IMG/VR virus record: IMGVR_UViG_3300032116_022045
Length of the DNA: 64,000 nucleotides
Strand: one strand, 5' to 3'
Source: a virus
Taxonomy: Duplodnaviria; Caudoviricetes
In this document: positions 58,790 through 64,000 of the stretch, piece by piece
Position numbering within the stretch: position 1 is the stretch's first letter
How the letters are laid out: each line of letters starts with the position of its first letter
Notes under the pieces: generated by a model
The model's database searches: none
Seen by the model: the letters and a program-made list of their open reading frames with translations, nothing else
Told to the model about the DNA's origin: nothing
Translations under genes and position numbers: made by a program

Positions 58790-59544
58790 AATTAAATGAA
58801 GAAATTAGTGAATGGTTAAAAAGCTATTTAATTAATAATAAATTAGATTGTTTTGTTATTGGTATTAGTGGCGGTGTAGACTCGGCTCTAACATCAATTT
58901 TATGTGCCATTACTGGTGTTAAAACAATAGTTGTAAGTTTACCTATAAGACAAAATAAAGAACAGTTAAATAGGGTCACTAACCATATTAAATGGTTAAA
59001 AGAACGTTTTAGTAATGTTAAATCATATGAGATAGATTTGACCAAAACTTTTAACACGTTTGAACAATTGTTTGATGATAAAAATGAATTAGCATTAGCT
59101 AATTCAAGGTCTAGATTAAGAATGACTACTTTATATCAAATAGCTGGTTCGAATAAAGGATTAGTTGTTGGGACTGGAAATAAAATTGAAGATTTTGGTA
59201 TTGGTTTTTTTACTAAATATGGAGACGGTGGTGTAGATATCTCACCAATAGCTGATTTATTAAAAAGTGAAGTTTTTACTATGGCTAAAGAACTTGGTGT
59301 TATCGATGAAATAATAAACGCAAAACCAACAGATGGTTTATGGGATGATAACCGTAGTGATGAAGACCAAATTGGCGCTACATATGACGAACTAGAAAAA
59401 ATAATGACTTACACTGGGTCATTAAAAAATTTAACAGAAAGAGAATTAGAAGTGTATAACATTTACACTAGACTAAATAAATTAAATAAACATAAAATAA
59501 CACAAATTCCAATTTTTAAAAAAAATGAAATACACGCAAATTAA
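58786..59544 (+). CDS. nadE: NH3-dependent NAD+ synthetase
   Basis: GISGGVDS, NSRSRLRM, VGTGNKIE, GFFTKYGDGG, KPTDGL, DEDQIGATYDELE. Confidence 0.92.
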   Translation: MKLNEEISEWLKSYLINNKLDCFVIGISGGVDSALTSILCAITGVKTIVVSLPIRQNKEQLNRVTNHIKWLKERFSNVKSYEIDLTKTFNTFEQLFDDKNELALANSRSRLRMTTLYQIAGSNKGLVVGTGNKIEDFGIGFFTKYGDGGVDISPIADLLKSEVFTMAKELGVIDEIINAKPTDGLWDDNRSDEDQIGATYDELEKIMTYTGSLKNLTERELEVYNIYTRLNKLNKHKITQIPIFKKNEIHAN

Positions 59545-60142
59545 TTTATATACAGGGGATGATTATAAAGATTACGAAAAAGCAACAGTAGACCTATTTA
59601 GAGGTTTGATTAAAGATGACTGGACTGTATTTGATTGTGGTGCTAAAACTGGTTTTTTCACATTACTATTTTCAGAATTATGTGAAAATGGTATGGTTCA
59701 TGCATTTGAACCTACATCAACATTTGACATGTTAGTTAACAATATAAATCATTATGGTATTAGCAATACAATATTAAATAAACTAGCATTAGGTGATAAA
59801 TCTGGTAGTATAGAAGACGAGATTTTCAGAATATGGGGGCAACCATCTGAAAGAATGGTTTACGATTTTATAACAATTGATGATTATTGTGAAAAAAATA
59901 AAATTGAACGATTAGATTTTATAAAAATAGACGTTGATTCATACGATTTTGATTTATTAAAAGGTGCGGTAAAAACATTAAATAAATTAAAACCAATGAT
60001 AACTGTTGAATTAAACTATGCGCTTAACTTTAGAAATGCAACTGAACAAGAGGTTATTGATTGGTTGGTAACTAAAGAATATTCATTAGCTTATGTGACT
60101 AATGACCAAAATCATACATTTATTCATAATAATAAACTTTAA
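59525..60142 (+). CDS. FkbM-family SAM methyltransferase
   Basis: VFDCGAKTG, VHAFEP, ITIDDY...DFIKIDVDSYD...GA. Confidence 0.85.
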   Translation: MKYTQINLYTGDDYKDYEKATVDLFRGLIKDDWTVFDCGAKTGFFTLLFSELCENGMVHAFEPTSTFDMLVNNINHYGISNTILNKLALGDKSGSIEDEIFRIWGQPSERMVYDFITIDDYCEKNKIERLDFIKIDVDSYDFDLLKGAVKTLNKLKPMITVELNYALNFRNATEQEVIDWLVTKEYSLAYVTNDQNHTFIHNNKL

Positions 60143-60143
60143 T

Positions 60144-60722
60144 ATGACACAAGGTGCTTTAGAAGATAACTTTGTTTATCAAGAATTTAAAAATTTAATT
60201 AAAAAATTTAATATTAAAAAAATTATTGAAACTGGAACTTATTATGGTTGGTCAACTATGAAATTAGCTGAGTTTGGTATTGATGTTACCACTATAGAAT
60301 ATTCGGAAAAAAATTACAATATTGCTGTTAGTAATTTTAATAAAACAAACTTTACAAATATACAAGCAATATTTGGAAGTTCACCAGATATTTTAGATAA
60401 GATTCTAACTAATGATGATAATGACACTATTTTGTTTTTAGATGCTCACTGGTACGAATACTGGCCAATACACGATGAACTTAGGGTTTGTATAAAAAAG
60501 AAAATTAAACCAGTTATAATAATACATGATTTTTTTGTACCAGATGAAAATGGTAACCCTAAATTTGGGTTTGATAAATATGGTGAACAAAGTTTGGATT
60601 TTAATTATATTAAATCTTTTTTGGATGAAATATATGGTGTAAACAATTATGATTATCATTATAACGAAGAATCAGATAATGTGGGACAAGGAGTTATTTA
60701 TATATATAAAAAAAATGGATAA
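60144..60722 (+). CDS. Class I SAM-dependent methyltransferase
   Basis: IIETGTYYG, GSSPDIL, FLDAHW, IIIHDF. ATG at 60144 preferred over 60102. Confidence 0.75.
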   Translation: MTQGALEDNFVYQEFKNLIKKFNIKKIIETGTYYGWSTMKLAEFGIDVTTIEYSEKNYNIAVSNFNKTNFTNIQAIFGSSPDILDKILTNDDNDTILFLDAHWYEYWPIHDELRVCIKKKIKPVIIIHDFFVPDENGNPKFGFDKYGEQSLDFNYIKSFLDEIYGVNNYDYHYNEESDNVGQGVIYIYKKNG

Positions 60723-61428
60723 AAAAATTATAGATAAGTTGTTTTCACATATTCTGGAAAACAATAAAATAAAAATACCAACATGGGTTAAACGTGTTAA
60801 GTTAGACGTTGGCACATCATTAAATGCACCTAACTCTCAAAAATGGTTAGAAAGTGATTCTGAACTTTGTGTTTTTGGTTTTGAACCTAACATTTATAAC
60901 CTACAAATTTTACACACTGGAATACATAGATGGCCAATAAAATTAGATTTAGATAAAATTAATAAATCTTTTTTTTATGTTAATTGTGCATTATCAGATA
61001 TTATAGCTGAAAATGTTGATTTTTATTGTACCGATTATGAAAACCCTGGTACCTCTAGTTTATTTAAACCAACTATGACAAACGTTGATGTTGTAACTAA
61101 AGTATCTGTAATTAGATTATCTGATTTTTTTGATTTGTTTCCGTGGGAATCGATTCAATATATTGACCAAGTTAAAATTGATGCACAATCAGCTGATTTT
61201 AATATTGTAAGAGGTATGGGTGATTATTTAGCAGATAGAGTTGTTTATTTAGATGTTGAAGCAACAACTAATGGACAATATGAAAACGTTGAAGACCCTA
61301 GTGGGTTAAAAGAATATATTGAATATAAAGGTTTTGAATGCTTAGAGTGGGGGATGAACGCTAGATTTCGTAACCGTAAATTTTCAGATATATACGATAA
61401 AATTAATTATATATTTTTAAACGATTAA
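60715..61428 (+). CDS. FkbM-like methyltransferase
   Basis: LDVGTS, VFGFEP, VKIDAQSAD. ATG at 60715 preferred over 60649. Confidence 0.7.
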   Translation: MDKKIIDKLFSHILENNKIKIPTWVKRVKLDVGTSLNAPNSQKWLESDSELCVFGFEPNIYNLQILHTGIHRWPIKLDLDKINKSFFYVNCALSDIIAENVDFYCTDYENPGTSSLFKPTMTNVDVVTKVSVIRLSDFFDLFPWESIQYIDQVKIDAQSADFNIVRGMGDYLADRVVYLDVEATTNGQYENVEDPSGLKEYIEYKGFECLEWGMNARFRNRKFSDIYDKINYIFLND

Positions 61429-61429
61429 T

Positions 61430-62158
61430 ATGAATGTTACTAATTGCGTAAGAGGTGATGGCTTTGGTGCACAATATCAAAACATAATATGGGCTATTAT
61501 ATATGCCGAACAACATAATTATAATTTTTATTATACTCCGTTTAGTTCTATGGAACATAATTATGAAAACAACTCTGAATTTTTAGATAAAAAAGAAAAA
61601 TTAATAAACATCATAAATAATTTCCCAATAGTTTCAGAACTACCACCAAACACAAATGTTAAACAACTTTGTGGTGGTTTAGACGGTGTTAATTTTAATG
61701 AGATAGAAAATAATTTAACTAATTCGTTTAGTTTTTCGTCATTTAAAAAAATAAAAAAATGTCTACACGCAAATAAAACATCAATGTTTGATAATAATTT
61801 AATAAATGTTGCGGTGCATGTTAGAAAACAAAATAATCATGATAATCACACATTAGGTATATGTGGTGATGATTATTTTTTAGATGTAATGAATCATATA
61901 AGAAACACACATAATGGTGAAAAGATTTTTCATATTTACTCACAAGGTGAAGAAAAAGATTTTTTACACTTTAAAAATGATGATGTTGTATTTCATTTAA
62001 ATGAACCAATTGAAGAAACTTTTTACTCGATGGTTACAGCTCAAATTTTAGTGATGTCTAAAAGTTCTTTGAGTTATACAGCTGGAATGTTAAGCGATGG
62101 TATTGTTTATTATTTACCATTTTGGCATAAACCAGCATCAACATGGATAATAAAATAA
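61430..62158 (+). CDS. GT11-like (alpha-1,2-fucosyltransferase-like) glycosyltransferase
   Basis: DGFGAQ, VAVHVRK, FHIYSQG, MVTAQILVMSKSSLSYTAG. Confidence 0.6.
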   Translation: MNVTNCVRGDGFGAQYQNIIWAIIYAEQHNYNFYYTPFSSMEHNYENNSEFLDKKEKLINIINNFPIVSELPPNTNVKQLCGGLDGVNFNEIENNLTNSFSFSSFKKIKKCLHANKTSMFDNNLINVAVHVRKQNNHDNHTLGICGDDYFLDVMNHIRNTHNGEKIFHIYSQGEEKDFLHFKNDDVVFHLNEPIEETFYSMVTAQILVMSKSSLSYTAGMLSDGIVYYLPFWHKPASTWIIK

Positions 62159-62172
62159 AATAAAAAAAAAAA

Positions 62173-62709
62173 ATGGAAGAAAAATTTTTAAGTATTATAG
62201 CAGAAGGTAATGAACTAGAAGCACATAAAAAATATTCATCAACATGTAAAGACGTGATTGTAGAAATAGGTGTATTATTTGGTCAAACGACAAAAGTAAT
62301 ATTAGAAAACACTACAGCTAAAGTTTATGGTATAGACCCAATCATCCCAGACTCAATGAATAGCGCTTTAATTGGTGATGTACATAAAATAAAAGAATTG
62401 GAAACTATTCACCCTAATTTTATATTTATAAAAGATTATAGCTTTAATGTTGTTAAAAATTGGGATAAAAAAATTGATTATATTTTTATAGATGGTGACC
62501 ACACATATAATGCGGTAAAACAAGATTTTGAAGATTGGTACCCACATGTTAAATCTGGTGGTATAATTTCAATACATGATTCATCCGCTAATAGACGTGG
62601 ACCATCATTTTGGCCTGGACCATCAAAATTAGCTGATGAATTAATAAAGGATGATAGGTTAGAATACATTGAAACATTAACAGCATTAACAATTTTTAAA
62701 AAGAAATAA
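62173..62709 (+). CDS. Class I SAM methyltransferase (Methyltransf_24-like)
   Basis: IVEIGVLFG, IDYIFIDGDHTYNAVKQDF...GGIISIHD. Confidence 0.85.
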   Translation: MEEKFLSIIAEGNELEAHKKYSSTCKDVIVEIGVLFGQTTKVILENTTAKVYGIDPIIPDSMNSALIGDVHKIKELETIHPNFIFIKDYSFNVVKNWDKKIDYIFIDGDHTYNAVKQDFEDWYPHVKSGGIISIHDSSANRRGPSFWPGPSKLADELIKDDRLEYIETLTALTIFKKK

Positions 62710-62710
62710 T

Positions 62711-63742
62711 ATGAAAAAAATACTAATATTAGGCGGTGGTGGTTTTATAGGTGGTCACTTAGCCAAAAAATTAAAATCTCAAGGTAATTGGGTTAGAGTC
62801 GTTGATTTAAAAGAACACGAATACTTTACTAAAGAAGAAATATCAGATGAGTTCATTGTTGGTGATTTAAGAGACCCAATGCTTGTTTCTAGAGTTATGT
62901 TCGCACCTAACCAAATTAGTTTAGATGATAAAATTAATTCATTCGATGAAGTTTATCAATTGGCTGCTGATATGGGTGGTGCTGGTTATATTTTTACTGG
63001 TGAACATGATGCTGATGTAATGCATAACTCAGCTTTAGTTAATTTAAACGTTGCTAAAGAAGCAACACGTATGAGTGTTAAAAAATTATTTTATTCATCC
63101 TCTGCTTGTATGTACCCAGAACATAATCAATTAGACCCTAACAATCCAAATTGTGAAGAATCTTCAGCCTATCCAGCTAATCCAGATTCTGAATATGGTT
63201 GGGAAAAATTGTTTAGCGAAAGACTTTATTTATCATTTATGCGTAATTATGGTTTAAATGTTAAAATAGCGAGATTTCACAATATATTTGGTCCACAAGG
63301 TACTTGGAAAGGCGGTAAAGAAAAAGCACCAGCAGCTATGTGTAGAAAAGCGGCTGAAACACCAGATGGAGGTATTTTAGAAGTATGGGGTGATGGTTTA
63401 CAAACACGTTCATTTCTTTATATTGATGAATGTGTTGAAGCTATTTTAAGACTTATGAATAGCGATTTTAGTGGACCAGTTAATATAGGGTCTGAAGAAA
63501 TGATAACCATAAATCAATTAGCGCAAATGGCCATTGATTTAAGTGGTAAAAATATTAAAATAAAAAACATTTATGATGATGAATTTATGATTAAGTATGG
63601 TCATAAATGTCCAACTGGTGTTAAAGGTAGAAATTCAGATAATAAATTATACCAAGAAAAAATCGGGTGGGTTGTTAACCAACCATTAAAAAACGGTATG
63701 ATTAAAACATTTGAATGGATTAACGAAAAAGTAAAAAAATAA
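62711..63742 (+). CDS. GDP-mannose 3,5-epimerase-like NAD-dependent epimerase
   Basis: GGGGFIG, QLAADMGGAGYI, YSSSACMYP, YGWEK, RFHNIFGP.GTWKGGKEKAPAA, GVKGRNSDN. Confidence 0.82.
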   Translation: MKKILILGGGGFIGGHLAKKLKSQGNWVRVVDLKEHEYFTKEEISDEFIVGDLRDPMLVSRVMFAPNQISLDDKINSFDEVYQLAADMGGAGYIFTGEHDADVMHNSALVNLNVAKEATRMSVKKLFYSSSACMYPEHNQLDPNNPNCEESSAYPANPDSEYGWEKLFSERLYLSFMRNYGLNVKIARFHNIFGPQGTWKGGKEKAPAAMCRKAAETPDGGILEVWGDGLQTRSFLYIDECVEAILRLMNSDFSGPVNIGSEEMITINQLAQMAIDLSGKNIKIKNIYDDEFMIKYGHKCPTGVKGRNSDNKLYQEKIGWVVNQPLKNGMIKTFEWINEKVKK

Positions 63743-63745
63743 ATA

Positions 63746-64000
63746 ATGGATTATAAAGGACATATAGGGAATTATATAGTACCAGATGATACAAAAAACG
63801 GTATTTGTGTAGATATTGGTGCTAATTATGGTAATTTTATTGAAAAATATAATAATCATTTTAAAGAGATTCATTACGTAGAAGCGTTAAAGCATGTTTA
63901 TGACTCTATTAACGAAAAATTTAAAAACCATACAAATGTTTTTGGTAATAATAGGGCTGCTTGGTCAAAAAGTAATATAAAATTAAAAATGGTTTCACAT
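63746..64000 (+). CDS. FkbM-like methyltransferase, partial (runs off the right edge)
   Basis: Missing from the ORF track and translated by hand: MDYKGHIG...CVDIGANYG...HYVEALK. Confidence 0.75.
   Translation, partial: MDYKGHIGNYIVPDDTKNGICVDIGANYGNFIEKYNNHFKEIHYVEALKHVYDSINEKFKNHTNVFGNNRAAWSKSNIKLKMVSH

Noticed and set aside
1214-63874. Many short opposite-strand or alternate-frame ORFs (e.g. 2125-2514, 14763-15233, 18051-18506, 38303-38788, 58351-58677)
   Set aside because: They lie within well-supported genes, have the Ser/Leu/Phe-rich composition of shadow frames, and show no motifs or promoters.
1-64000. Stop-codon reassignment, as in some large Bacteroidota phages
   Set aside because: Long ORFs tile the window under the standard code, TAA, TAG and TGA all end genes, and the only in-frame stop found (46958) comes with a frame change.
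1-64000. tRNA, rRNA or structured ncRNA genes
   Set aside because: Intergenic gaps are short and AT-rich, with only terminator hairpins and no cloverleaf or T-loop signature seen by eye. tRNAscan or Infernal would be needed to exclude them formally.

Overview
This very AT-rich 64 kb window comes from a large tailed dsDNA phage with a contractile tail and a T4-like gene repertoire, read in the standard genetic code. Four TTG-N20/21-TATATTTG promoters point to a Bacteroidota host (inference). From left to right it holds: a partial RecA/UvsX and a gp32-like SSB; a baseplate module (lambda-type lysozyme, 1829-aa hub with M23 peptidase, LysM/gp53-like protein, 1452-aa tube-like protein with an OmpA-like insert); tape measure, tail chaperone pair with a likely frameshift, sheath, a 2042-aa repeat fibre and neck/terminator proteins; an SNF2 helicase with a mini-intein, glutaredoxin and family-B DNA polymerase; a second fibre module; a late operon of probable head proteins including a WYL protein; and a glycan-biosynthesis island of at least 17 kb that runs off the right edge (glycosyltransferases, methyltransferases, sugar dehydrogenase and epimerase, NadE, dUTPase, GMP reductase-like). 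The strongest candidate for an undescribed system is virion glycosylation. The island co-occurs with a [ST]-G-x-T tetrapeptide that is dense in four predicted surface-exposed virion proteins and almost absent elsewhere, and its first glycosyltransferase is split by a stop codon plus a U-UUU-UUA slippery site. All family assignments come from motif recognition by eye, with no database searches. No tRNA, rRNA or CRISPR array was seen.
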